Part shown: piece after piece, positions 45,429 through 54,362 of the stretch | How the letters are laid out: every line of letters begins with the position of its first letter | How positions within the stretch are numbered: the stretch's first letter is position 1 | NCBI GenBank assembly: GCA_027364875.1 | Contig: DAHXON010000005.1 | Coordinates: 3,976-67,975, forward strand | Direction: 5' to 3' | Source of the DNA: Chloroflexota bacterium | GTDB lineage: Bacteria > Chloroflexota > Limnocylindria > Limnocylindrales > CSP1-4 | Length of the DNA stretch: 64,000 bases | Position numbers and translations under genes: made by a program | The notes under the pieces: generated by a model | The model's input: only the letters and a program-made list of their open reading frames with translations | What the model was told of the DNA's origin: nothing | Databases searched by the model: none

Positions 45429-46835
45429 CTAGCTTTCGGGACCCGCCTCGGACATGACGCCGGCCTCGGGGCCGTCGTCGTCGCGGTCAGTTTCGCGCAT
45501 CTTCGGCACCGCTACCATAAAACGACTCCCACCGTACCCATTTGATTCCAACCAGACACGTCCGCCCATCGCGTCCATGAGCCGGCGAGCCGCATACAGA
45601 CCGATTCCGGAGCCGCGGGGACGCTTTGCCGTTCGCACGTAGGCCTCGAAGACCGCCTGCCATTCCGGCTCGGGGATGCCCGGACCGTCGTCCGTGACAT
45701 AGATGTGGATCTCCGAGTCGTGGGGCAGCACGCCCACCGAAACCGCGCCGCCCTCCGGCGAGTACTTGACCTCGTTCTCCAGGAGGTGCTCCAGGACCTG
45801 GCGGAAGCGGCCCTCGTCGCCGATCCCGACGAGCTCCTCCCACGTCCCCGTCCGCCGCATCGGATGGCCGCGCAAAAGGGGCGTCATCTCCGCGATCGTG
45901 TCGTTGACGGCCCGGGCGACGTCGAAGGGGAGGCGGGCAAGGCCGTTGGAGAGGCCCTCGCCGCGGACGGAGGCGAGGATCGAATCCACGAGCCTGTCCA
46001 GGCGGGTGACCGCCGCGATTGCCTGGCTCCGCCACTCCTCGACCTGGGCCCGGTCGGGGATCGGTGGCGCTTTGGCGCCGTCGGGCGAGGGTCGGTGGCT
46101 GGCCGCGTCGATGGCATCGAGCCCCGAGTCCGCGAGCAGATCCAGGTACGCCCGAACGACCGCGAGCGGCGTCCGGAGCTCGTGGGTGACCACCGCGAGC
46201 AGCTCGGCGCGGGCTCCGTCGAGGGCGGTGAGAGTCTGGAGCTGCTCCTCGGCTTCAGCCTGGAGGCGGCCCTTTTCGACCACTCCGCCGAGGAGCGCAC
46301 CGATCGTGACCAGGAACTCCACCTCCTCGGGCGTGAACGTCCGGGACTCGATGGCCTGGACGTTGAGCACCCCGACGATCTGGTCGTCCCAGGGGAGCGG
46401 CACCGAGAGCATCGAGGTGAACTGCGACTCGTCGAAGCCGGGCACCCACTTGAACCGGGGATCGACCCGAACGTCCGGCGAGGCCACAGGCCGGCCGATC
46501 TCCGCCGCCTTGCCGGTCAGGCCCTCGCCGACGGCCATGGTCACCCGGCCGATCTGATCGCGATCCAGGCCGTTGGTCGCGGCAAGGCGCAGGTGCGCCT
46601 CGTCGCGCTCCATCAGGTACACGGAGCAGACCTCGACGTCGAGGGCGTCGGTGGTCCGATCCACGATCGTCCTCATGAGCTCGTCCCAGTTTCGGGCCGT
46701 GGTCAGCAGCTTGGCGAACTCGTGGAGGAACGAAAGCTCGCGGATCTTGCGCTCGGCGGCCGCCTCCCCGTTGGCCGGGACGTCGGCCGGGACGTCGGAC
46801 GTCTCGTTCACGCTACCCATGATGGCACGGTCCAA
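45429..46835 (-). CDS. Cytoplasmic GAF-domain sensor histidine kinase
   Basis: 468 aa (TTG at 46835, or ATG at 46820). GAF domain, H-box THELRTPLAVV, G-boxes DDGPGIP and GSGIGLY. No TM segment. Confidence 0.85.
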   Translation of the reverse strand: MDRAIMGSVNETSDVPADVPANGEAAAERKIRELSFLHEFAKLLTTARNWDELMRTIVDRTTDALDVEVCSVYLMERDEAHLRLAATNGLDRDQIGRVTMAVGEGLTGKAAEIGRPVASPDVRVDPRFKWVPGFDESQFTSMLSVPLPWDDQIVGVLNVQAIESRTFTPEEVEFLVTIGALLGGVVEKGRLQAEAEEQLQTLTALDGARAELLAVVTHELRTPLAVVRAYLDLLADSGLDAIDAASHRPSPDGAKAPPIPDRAQVEEWRSQAIAAVTRLDRLVDSILASVRGEGLSNGLARLPFDVARAVNDTIAEMTPLLRGHPMRRTGTWEELVGIGDEGRFRQVLEHLLENEVKYSPEGGAVSVGVLPHDSEIHIYVTDDGPGIPEPEWQAVFEAYVRTAKRPRGSGIGLYAARRLMDAMGGRVWLESNGYGGSRFMVAVPKMRETDRDDDGPEAGVMSEAGPES

Positions 46836-46838
46836 GGG

Positions 46839-48125
46839 TTACTTCACTGCGGCTGAAGGGGCGTCGAAGACCCTGGTCGGCAGGCCTTCGAGAAGCGGGT
46901 CCGTCCACGTCCACGCGGCGCCGTAGTGGCGTCCGACCGCGCCGTGGCGGGCCGCTTCCGTTCGGAGCGGCAGGCCGAAGATCTCGATGAAGCCCACCGC
47001 CGCGGCGTGGTCGTAGGTGTCGTCCGCCTCGTAGGTCGCGAGCGACTTCTCGTAGAGGCTGAGGGGCGAACGCCGGCCCACGACGATGGCGTTGCCGTGG
47101 TCGAGGCGGACGCGGACGTCGCCGCTGACGACGCGCTGGCTGCTGGCCGCGTAGGCCCGCAGGTCGCGGTGCAGGGCGCTGAACCAGAGGCCGTCGTAGG
47201 TGAGCTGGGCCAGCTCGTCGGCCACGATCCGATTGAAGCGGAGCGTGTCCTTGGACAGGGTCAGGCCCTCGAGCGCCCGATGGGCGCGGTGGATGACCGT
47301 GGCCGCGGGCGCTTCGTAGATCTCGCGGCTCTTGATGCCGACCAGGCGATCCTCCACGTGATCCACCCGGCCCACGCCGTGCTCGCCCGCGAGGACGTGC
47401 AGCTTCTCGACCAGCGCGACCGGGTCCATCCGTTCGCCGTCGAGCGAGACCGGGACGCCGCCCTCGAACCCGAGGACGATCTCCACAGCGGCGGGCGCCC
47501 TGTCCGGATCGACCGTCCAGCGATAGACGTCCTCGCGCGGCGCGGTCCACGGATCCTCGAGGATGCCGGCCTCGATGGAGCGGCCCCAGAGGTTGACGTC
47601 GATCGAGTAGATCGATTCCTTGGAGATGGTGATCTCGATGTTGCGCGCCTTCGCGTACTCGATCTCCTGCTCGCGGCTGAGGCCCATGCCGACCCGCATC
47701 GGGGCTATGACGGCGAGCGAGGGATCAAGGGCGTGCGTCGCGACGTCGAAGCGGACCTGGTCGTTGCCTTTGCCTGTGCAGCCGTGGGCGACGGCGTCGG
47801 CGCCTTCCTTGTGGGCCACTTCGACGAGCAGCTGGGCGATGAGCGGCCTGGCCATGGCCGTCGCGAGTGGATAGACGCCCTGGTAGAGCGCTCCGGCCTG
47901 GACGTGCGGCCAGCAGAAGTCGCGGACGAACCGCTCCTTGCCGTCGACGACGTAGGCCCGAGACGCCCCGGCGCTGATGGCTCGCCGGTCCACGTCTTCC
48001 TTGAGCACTCCACCGCCGAGGTCGACGGTCAGGGTCACGACCTCGACGTTGTACTGCTCGCGCAGCCAGGCCACCGCGACAGAGGTGTCCAGTCCGCCGG
48101 AATATGCGAGCACTACCTTCTTCAT
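46839..48125 (-). CDS. argG: Argininosuccinate synthase
   Basis: 428 aa. Motifs VVLAYSGGLDTS and GCTGKGNDQVRF. Confidence 0.95.
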   Translation of the reverse strand: MKKVVLAYSGGLDTSVAVAWLREQYNVEVVTLTVDLGGGVLKEDVDRRAISAGASRAYVVDGKERFVRDFCWPHVQAGALYQGVYPLATAMARPLIAQLLVEVAHKEGADAVAHGCTGKGNDQVRFDVATHALDPSLAVIAPMRVGMGLSREQEIEYAKARNIEITISKESIYSIDVNLWGRSIEAGILEDPWTAPREDVYRWTVDPDRAPAAVEIVLGFEGGVPVSLDGERMDPVALVEKLHVLAGEHGVGRVDHVEDRLVGIKSREIYEAPAATVIHRAHRALEGLTLSKDTLRFNRIVADELAQLTYDGLWFSALHRDLRAYAASSQRVVSGDVRVRLDHGNAIVVGRRSPLSLYEKSLATYEADDTYDHAAAVGFIEIFGLPLRTEAARHGAVGRHYGAAWTWTDPLLEGLPTRVFDAPSAAVK

Positions 48126-48667
48126 CGAGGGGCCTCCGTGAGTGTGTAGGGAAGGACGGGCGGCAGCCCGTCGGCGTCGGCGGGTTGGAACGTCTTGAAG
48201 CGGACGAGCCAGCGTTCGAGCGACGCCTCGTCCGCGAAAAGAACCAGAAGAGTGTTGTCGCCGGCGAGAGTGCCGACCTGGTCGGTCAGGCCGGACTGGT
48301 CGATGGCCTGCGCGATCGCGCCGGCCGAGCCGGGAGTCGCCAGCAGAACCAGCGAGAGGCCGCTGCGGCCGATTCGGACGGGGATGTCCTCCAGCAGCCG
48401 GCGAAGGCGGGCGTCGTACTGGTTTCCGCCGCCCGCCGATTCCGGCGTGGCGTAGACGTGGCGGTCGCCGCGCGGAGCCTTGACCAGCCCCAGCTCGGTT
48501 ATGTCGCGGCTGACCGTCGCCTGCGTGACCTCGAAGCCCGCCTGTCGCAGCAGCTCCACCAGCTCCTCCTGGCTGCCGATCTGGCCGCGGCCGATCAGCT
48601 CCAGGAGCGTCCTCTGGCGGCGCTGCTTGACGGCCGAAGGATGGACGTTGATGGCCATGGCACTCAT
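48122..48667 (-). CDS. argR: Arginine repressor
   Basis: 181 aa from MSAMAINV. Winged HTH SQEELVELLRQAGFEVTQATVSRDITELGLVK, and a C-terminal oligomerisation motif GTLAGDNTLLV. The stop overlaps the argG start. Confidence 0.85.
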   Translation of the reverse strand: MSAMAINVHPSAVKQRRQRTLLELIGRGQIGSQEELVELLRQAGFEVTQATVSRDITELGLVKAPRGDRHVYATPESAGGGNQYDARLRRLLEDIPVRIGRSGLSLVLLATPGSAGAIAQAIDQSGLTDQVGTLAGDNTLLVLFADEASLERWLVRFKTFQPADADGLPPVLPYTLTEAPR

Positions 48668-48669
48668 CC

Positions 48670-49464
48670 TCACACCGGCCCGGCGGCGCGGCTGGCCTGG
48701 CCCGCGGCCGTGATCCGGGTCCCGAATGTGGCGTCGGTGAGAGCTCGGGTGAGCGCGTGCGGATCGGACGCGTCCGCGATGACGGCTTCCGCGCCCGGCC
48801 AGTTGAGCGCCTGCAGGGCGGCCCGGATCTTGGGCACCATGCCGCCGTTGACGACGCCCGCGGCGATCAGGTCCTCGGCCTCGTCGGAGGTCATCGTGGA
48901 GAGCGTCTGGCCGGCCGCGTCCATGACTCCGGCCAAGTCGGTCATCAGGACGAGCTGCCGGGCGCCGAGTCCGGCGGCGATCCCGGCCGCCGCATCGTCG
49001 GCGTTCACGTTGCAGACGATGCCCTGCTCGTCGCGGGCGAGCGGCGCGACCACGGCCACCTGGCCGGCCACCAGGAGCTGGTCGAGGAAATCGCGCCGGA
49101 CGCCCACGACATGGGCGACGAGGCCCAGGTGCGGCATGCGCTCGGCGATCATGAAGCCGCCGTCCACGCCGCTCAGGCCCACCGCATCCACGCCGCGGTC
49201 CCGCAGATAGGAGACGAGCTCGGAGTTGACAACGCCGCGCAGGACCGCAGCCGCAACGTCGAGGGCGGCCTGGTCCGTGACCCGCAGGCCGCCTTCGAAC
49301 CGGCTCGGGACCCCCAGGCGCTCGAGCCATTCGGTGATGCGCTTGCCGCCGCCGTGGACGAGGACCACGGGACGCTGGCGCGCCACCGTCGCGACCTCGT
49401 CGAGGACGTGTGCCTGGTCGGCGAGAGTGGTTCCGCCGAGCTTGAGGACGAGCACTTCGCTCAC
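48670..49464 (-). CDS. argB: Acetylglutamate kinase
   Basis: 264 aa. Motifs VLKLGG, VLVHGGG, NVNADDAA. The GTG overlaps the argJ stop. Confidence 0.9.
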   Translation of the reverse strand: MSEVLVLKLGGTTLADQAHVLDEVATVARQRPVVLVHGGGKRITEWLERLGVPSRFEGGLRVTDQAALDVAAAVLRGVVNSELVSYLRDRGVDAVGLSGVDGGFMIAERMPHLGLVAHVVGVRRDFLDQLLVAGQVAVVAPLARDEQGIVCNVNADDAAAGIAAGLGARQLVLMTDLAGVMDAAGQTLSTMTSDEAEDLIAAGVVNGGMVPKIRAALQALNWPGAEAVIADASDPHALTRALTDATFGTRITAAGQASRAAGPV

Positions 49465-50861
49465 GTCGTGTACTCCGCGTTCTCGATGACGTAACCCTCG
49501 GTCAGATCGCAGCCGAATGCCTCTCCGCTGCCGCCGCCGATGCCCAGGTCAACCCGGATCAGAACCTCGGGCGCGTCCATCGCCGCCCTCACGGCCTCGC
49601 GGTCGAAGGGCAGGGGAGAGCCGGCGAAGACCATGGTTCCGGCGATGGCGATCCGGAGCTTGTCGAGGTCCATCTCCGGCAGGCGGCCGGTCCGCGCGAC
49701 CGCTTCGGCGTGATGCATTCCGGCTGCCTCGAGCATCTCCGTGTCTGGTAGTCGGGCGTTGCCCACGCCGCTCGCCACGCGTCCCCAGTTGGGGTCGCGG
49801 CCGTGGACGGCGGCTTTGAGCAGGCTGCTCGAGACGACCGAGCGGGCGATGGCCCTGGCGTCGTAGTCGTCGGCGGCGCCGCTGGCCTGGCAGGTGATCA
49901 GGGTGGTGGCGCCTTCTCCGTCCGCGGCCTGCTGGCGGGCAAGGGACCTCGCGACCGCCTCGACGGCCGCGGCGAGCGCCACGGCCTCCGGGCTCGCGGC
50001 CGCCACCGAAACGCCGGACGCTCCCGAAGCGAGCAGGAAGACGGTGTCGTTGGTGCTCGTGTCGCCGTCCACGCTGGTCTGGTTCCAGGTCCGCTGGACG
50101 ATGGGCGAGAGCAGGCCGTGGAGCGTTGACGGGGCCACGCTCGCGTCGGTCATGACGACTGCCAGCATCGTGGCCATCCGGGGATGGATCATTCCGACGC
50201 CCTTGGCCACTCCGGACACGGTCACGCGGACGAGCTCGTGGTGCGGCCCCGGCAGGTCCACCCACGCGGTCGCCAGCTTGATCTTCTTGTCGGTGGTCAT
50301 GAGACACGCGCCGACGGCCTCCAGCGCCTCATCGGTCTCCGCGAGGTCCGGCACCAGCCGGGCGACTCCATCGCGACCCCGGTTCAGTGGCAGCCTGCCG
50401 CCGATCACCCCGGTCGAGAGTGCGAGGATCCGTTCCGGCCGTGTTCCCAGCGACGCGGCGAGCGCCTTGACCACCTCGTACTGGTCGGCCTCGCCCTCGA
50501 CGCCCGTGGCTGCGTTGGCGCAGCCGGCGGTCGCGATCACCGCGTCGGCCCAGCCGAAGCGTCCACCGCCGCTGACCTCGGTCGCGGCAAGGTGCCGGCG
50601 CGAGAGCCGGACCGGAGCGGCGACGACCTGGTTCCGGGTGAACACCGCGGCCGCGGCCGCGGGCCCGCTCGTAGTCGCGACGACGGCCAGGTCGGGCCGG
50701 CCCGACGGCTTGATGCCCGCGGTCGTCCCGCCGGCCCGGAAGCCGGCCGGCAGCGCGGCGCGCTGCTCCACGTCGGGCAGGCGAACCGGGAGCGCCTCCA
50801 GCGCCGCCGGTTCGGGCGGTTTCGTGAGGCTTGCCAGTGAGGATCGGCCGCTTGAGTGCAT
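49461..50861 (-). CDS. argJ: Bifunctional ornithine acetyltransferase / N-acetylglutamate synthase
   Basis: Motifs AGFRAGGTTAGIKPSGRPDLAVV and MIHPRMATMLAVVMTDA (autoprocessing site). The start is uncertain (ATG 50861 or ORF-track 50933). Confidence 0.88.
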   Translation of the reverse strand: MHSSGRSSLASLTKPPEPAALEALPVRLPDVEQRAALPAGFRAGGTTAGIKPSGRPDLAVVATTSGPAAAAAVFTRNQVVAAPVRLSRRHLAATEVSGGGRFGWADAVIATAGCANAATGVEGEADQYEVVKALAASLGTRPERILALSTGVIGGRLPLNRGRDGVARLVPDLAETDEALEAVGACLMTTDKKIKLATAWVDLPGPHHELVRVTVSGVAKGVGMIHPRMATMLAVVMTDASVAPSTLHGLLSPIVQRTWNQTSVDGDTSTNDTVFLLASGASGVSVAAASPEAVALAAAVEAVARSLARQQAADGEGATTLITCQASGAADDYDARAIARSVVSSSLLKAAVHGRDPNWGRVASGVGNARLPDTEMLEAAGMHHAEAVARTGRLPEMDLDKLRIAIAGTMVFAGSPLPFDREAVRAAMDAPEVLIRVDLGIGGGSGEAFGCDLTEGYVIENAEYTT

Positions 50862-50973
50862 CTGCCTTCCCTTCGAGGTCGAGAACGGTCTGCCGGCTGC
50901 GGTCGGCCGCGACGGCGGCCGGGTGGAACGCACGACGGCCCCGAACGGCCGACGCGCGCGGTCGGGTGTGAGG

Positions 50974-52125
50974 CTAGGGAGCGAGCGGGTACTGCTCCAG
51001 GCCGGTGGTCTCCGGCAACCCGAAGACCACGTTGAGGGCCTGGACGGCCTGGCCCGCCGCGCCCTTCACCAGGTTGTCTATCGCGCCGATGGCAAGGACG
51101 CGGCCGCTGCGGGGGTCGACCTTCACGCAGATCCGGCAGAGATTGCTGCCGAACACGTGCTTGGTCGAGGGCGGCTCGGCCATGACCTTGACGAACGGCT
51201 CGTCGCTATAGGCTTCCGCGTAGAGAGCGTCGAGCTCGGACTGGCTTACCGGTCGAGTGGTCCGGACGTGGCAGCTGGTGAGGATGCCGCGGGTCATCGG
51301 GATCAGGTGCGGCAGGAAGTCCACGGTCGCGACGCCTGGGTTGGCATCGCGGCTGGCAAGCGGACCGAGCTCGCCCTGCTGCTGGAGCTCCTGCTCCATC
51401 TCCGCGGTGTGGCGGTGGTTGAAGAGGCCGTAGGCTTTGACGCTTTCGTTCACTTCGGAGAAGAGCAGATCCGCCCTGGCCTCGCGCCCTGCTCCAGAGA
51501 CTCCGCTCTTGGCGTCCACCGCCAGGTCGGCGATCAGACCGGCCCGAGCGAGCGGCGCCAGGGTCAGGATCGTGGCCGTGGGATAGCAGCCGGGCAGCCC
51601 GACGACCGTGACCGGCCTGCCGGCCGCGGCCCGCATCTCGTCGCGATGAAGCTCGGGCAGCCCGTAGACGGCCTGAGCCAGCAGCTCCGGCGCCGGGTGG
51701 TCGAACTTGTACCAGGTCGGATAGTCGGCCGGGTCGTGCAGCCGGAAGTCCGGCCCGATGTCCAGCAGGGCGGAGCCCCGGCCCACGATCTCGGCGGCCA
51801 TCCCGGCGGCCACCCCGTGGGGCAGTGCCGTGAAGACGGCGTCGGCCTCGGGCACCGCCTGGTCGATGAGCAGGCCGGATTCGCGCAGGTGAGGGTGCGA
51901 ATCGGCCACCGGTACGTTGTCCCGATTGCGGCCGTACAGGCCGACGAGCTTGACGTTCGGGTGGTTCAGCAGCAGCCGGACCAGCTCGCCGCCGGCGTAG
52001 CCGGTCGCGCCCACGATGCCGACGGTCACCGCCGGCCTGCCCGGCCGGTTGCGATATGCAGCCGGTCCGAATTGGGGCGTTGACTGCGACGGCGTGGTGG
52101 CTGTGGCTGTCTCGCTGGCACTCAT
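50974..52125 (-). CDS. argC: N-acetyl-gamma-glutamyl-phosphate reductase
   Basis: 383 aa. Motifs VGIVGATGYAGGELVRLL and GLPGCYPTA (catalytic Cys). A ~30-aa N-terminal extension results unless the GTG at 52029 is used. Confidence 0.9.
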   Translation of the reverse strand: MSASETATATTPSQSTPQFGPAAYRNRPGRPAVTVGIVGATGYAGGELVRLLLNHPNVKLVGLYGRNRDNVPVADSHPHLRESGLLIDQAVPEADAVFTALPHGVAAGMAAEIVGRGSALLDIGPDFRLHDPADYPTWYKFDHPAPELLAQAVYGLPELHRDEMRAAAGRPVTVVGLPGCYPTATILTLAPLARAGLIADLAVDAKSGVSGAGREARADLLFSEVNESVKAYGLFNHRHTAEMEQELQQQGELGPLASRDANPGVATVDFLPHLIPMTRGILTSCHVRTTRPVSQSELDALYAEAYSDEPFVKVMAEPPSTKHVFGSNLCRICVKVDPRSGRVLAIGAIDNLVKGAAGQAVQALNVVFGLPETTGLEQYPLAP

Positions 52126-52133
52126 GGCGCGAG

Positions 52134-52160
52134 TATACAGTCTTCTGAATATCCATACAG
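52134..52160. promoter_or_regulatory. ARG-box-like operator (TGAAT-ATCC-ATACA) plus an adjacent TATACA half-site immediately upstream of argC
   Basis: TGAATATCCATACA at 52146-52159 resembles the TGAAT-N4-ATTCA ARG box. This is an AT-rich island in a GC-rich genome. On the gene strand a TATACT -10-like box ends 6 nt before the argC ATG. Confidence 0.4.
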
Positions 52161-52216
52161 CCCGCTGGCGCCGAACGCACGTCGCCCGGGCAGCGACTCG
52201 GCCGAACTGTGTCCGG

Positions 52217-52873
52217 CTACAGGTACCCAGCCGCCACTATCAGCACCCAGCTCAGCATGAACCAGTGGAGCAGCCAGCCGTACAGGAACGATCTCGTCCG
52301 CCAGGCGAGCAGGCCGAAGAAGGCGCCGCCGATGATCGTGGAGAGCTGCTCGATCTCGGGCTTCCAGACGTGCATGAGGGCAAACGGCACGATCTGGAGC
52401 CAGATCGCGTCCGTGCCGAACTTGCGGCCCAGTGACCAGAGCATCCAGCCGCGGAAGAAGAACTCCCAGGCGAAGATGTCGATGCCGGTGTCGATGATGA
52501 GCCGCCACATCGGCCGGCCGTCGACGGTGTCCGCGTAGTAGGCGCGGAAATCCGGCATCCGGCCCAGGAACCAGATGATCACCGCCATCACCACGATGCC
52601 GGCGATCGCGACCGGAAGCCCGCGCCGCCAGTCGCCGAGCGTCAGCCCGAATCGCCGCGGATCCTCTCGCCAGACGACCAGGATCCAGGCAACGGGGACG
52701 ATGAACTCCAGGACGAAGCGGTCGTATTCGTATTGGACGAAGCGGTTGTTGAAGGCGACGATCAGGATTAGCGTCGCGAGGATGACGATCTGGACGATCC
52801 GGGCGTCGAAGGGGACGCCCCAGACACGCCACTGCCGTGGCTCGGCGTCCGCTACGGAAGCTTGATCAGACAT
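52217..52873 (-). CDS. CPBP-family intramembrane glutamic endopeptidase (CAAX protease-like)
   Basis: 218 aa from MSDQASV. Motifs FAWEFFFRGW and FALMH. Polytopic. Confidence 0.8.
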   Translation of the reverse strand: MSDQASVADAEPRQWRVWGVPFDARIVQIVILATLILIVAFNNRFVQYEYDRFVLEFIVPVAWILVVWREDPRRFGLTLGDWRRGLPVAIAGIVVMAVIIWFLGRMPDFRAYYADTVDGRPMWRLIIDTGIDIFAWEFFFRGWMLWSLGRKFGTDAIWLQIVPFALMHVWKPEIEQLSTIIGGAFFGLLAWRTRSFLYGWLLHWFMLSWVLIVAAGYL

Positions 52874-54360
52874 TCGTTCAGGCGATCCCAGGTGGCACAG
52901 GCGACGATCTCGCGCCGGGCCCAAACCGAGGCCGGAACTCCGGGTGGCGCGGGCTCGACGGTCGGCTGGAGATACCAGCGCATGCCGCCAGAGTACAGGT
53001 CTCCGGCGTTGGCTTCGGTGTCCCGCTGCGTCAGCTGCACCTCCACGGCGATCGCCTTCGACTTCATCAGGAACAGGCCGGACTCGCGGCCGGCCACTCG
53101 CTCGCCGGGCGGTACGAGGGCGGCGAAACGGTTCTGGATCTCCGGCAGCGTATACGTGGCGTGGCGCGACCAGTCGTAGTACCAGTTGAGGCCCGGAGCT
53201 GCCGCCAGGACGATCGCCAGCGCCACCGGCACGAGCCGGAGGGCCCGGCCGCCGAGCCTCGGCCGCGGGCCGCCGGCGCCGAGCATCTCGACCAGCCACT
53301 CCGACGCGGCCCGCAGCCCGATCGCCGCGACGATCGCCAGCGCCGGCACCACCGGAACCAGGTATCGGTTGGGCCGGTACGAAGCGATCATCACGATGGC
53401 GAAGCCCGCCAGGGCCCAACCGATCGCGGCGGCCGCGAGGCGAGCCTGCGTGTTGTCGAGCCGCCGGTGGAACACGGCGATCGCGGCAAGCCCGGCGCCG
53501 CCGAGCAGCAGGAGCGGCCCCAGGAGGAAGCCCGGCAGGCTGTCGTTGTCGCCGCCGACATAGCTCGAGATCGAAGCGGCGATCCCCGCGGGCGTGAGGC
53601 TGAGCTGCTCCGGCGCCCAGATCCGCAGGTCGGTTGCCACGGCCTCGCGGTTGGGCAGCCACACGACCGCTAGCCACAGCAGGCCGCAGGCCGCCACCGC
53701 GGCCACGACGCCGGCCAGCCAGCGCCGCGTCTCCGCAGCCGGCCTCCCGAGCACTGCGAGGGCGACCACGATGCCCGCGGCCGAGAACGCGGCGAGAGGC
53801 TTCGCCCCGATGCCCACCGCGAAGAAGACGCCGGCCAGCAGGCCCCAACGGAACGAGAGCCGCCTGTCGTCGGCGACGATCAGCGTGCCGAGGGTGAGGC
53901 CCAGGACCACCAGGTCTTCCACGTAGGCAAGCCGCCCGTAGAAGAGGATCAGGCCGCTGGCGGCGAACGCGACCGCCGCGAAGACCGCCCAAGCTTCGCC
54001 GACAACCCGTCGCAGGCCCCAGGCGAGGGCTCCGGCCGTGATCGAGACGCAGGCGATGGAGACGAGACGGGCCGACGCGATCCCCACTCCGAACACTTCG
54101 AAAGCGGCCGCCGCCAGCAGGCTGAACGGCAGATTGACCAGGTAGAGGTTCCACTCGTCCGTGCTCCAGCGGCCGAGCTGGACCAGGTTGCGGGCATTGA
54201 CGGTGTTGAACCCCTCGTCGCTGAAGGGGCTGCTGCTCAGCGTCACGTCACGGACCGGGTCGGCGGAGACGAAGACGGCCAGGAGGGCGAAGAGCGCGCC
54301 ACCTACCAGGATCGCCGCCCATGGCAGACTCGCCACTCGCCTTGCCGGGGCAACAGCCAC
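52852..54360 (-). CDS. GT-C-fold membrane glycosyltransferase (ArnT/PMT_2, family-39-like)
   Basis: About 500 aa with 10 or more TM segments and a soluble C-terminal domain. The N-terminal loop has the SDEGFN acidic motif. GTG at 54360, just after the upstream stop. The ORF-track extension to 55047 is Arg/Pro-rich off-frame sequence. Confidence 0.7.
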   Translation of the reverse strand: MAVAPARRVASLPWAAILVGGALFALLAVFVSADPVRDVTLSSSPFSDEGFNTVNARNLVQLGRWSTDEWNLYLVNLPFSLLAAAAFEVFGVGIASARLVSIACVSITAGALAWGLRRVVGEAWAVFAAVAFAASGLILFYGRLAYVEDLVVLGLTLGTLIVADDRRLSFRWGLLAGVFFAVGIGAKPLAAFSAAGIVVALAVLGRPAAETRRWLAGVVAAVAACGLLWLAVVWLPNREAVATDLRIWAPEQLSLTPAGIAASISSYVGGDNDSLPGFLLGPLLLLGGAGLAAIAVFHRRLDNTQARLAAAAIGWALAGFAIVMIASYRPNRYLVPVVPALAIVAAIGLRAASEWLVEMLGAGGPRPRLGGRALRLVPVALAIVLAAAPGLNWYYDWSRHATYTLPEIQNRFAALVPPGERVAGRESGLFLMKSKAIAVEVQLTQRDTEANAGDLYSGGMRWYLQPTVEPAPPGVPASVWARREIVACATWDRLNECLIKLP

Positions 54361-54362
54361 CG

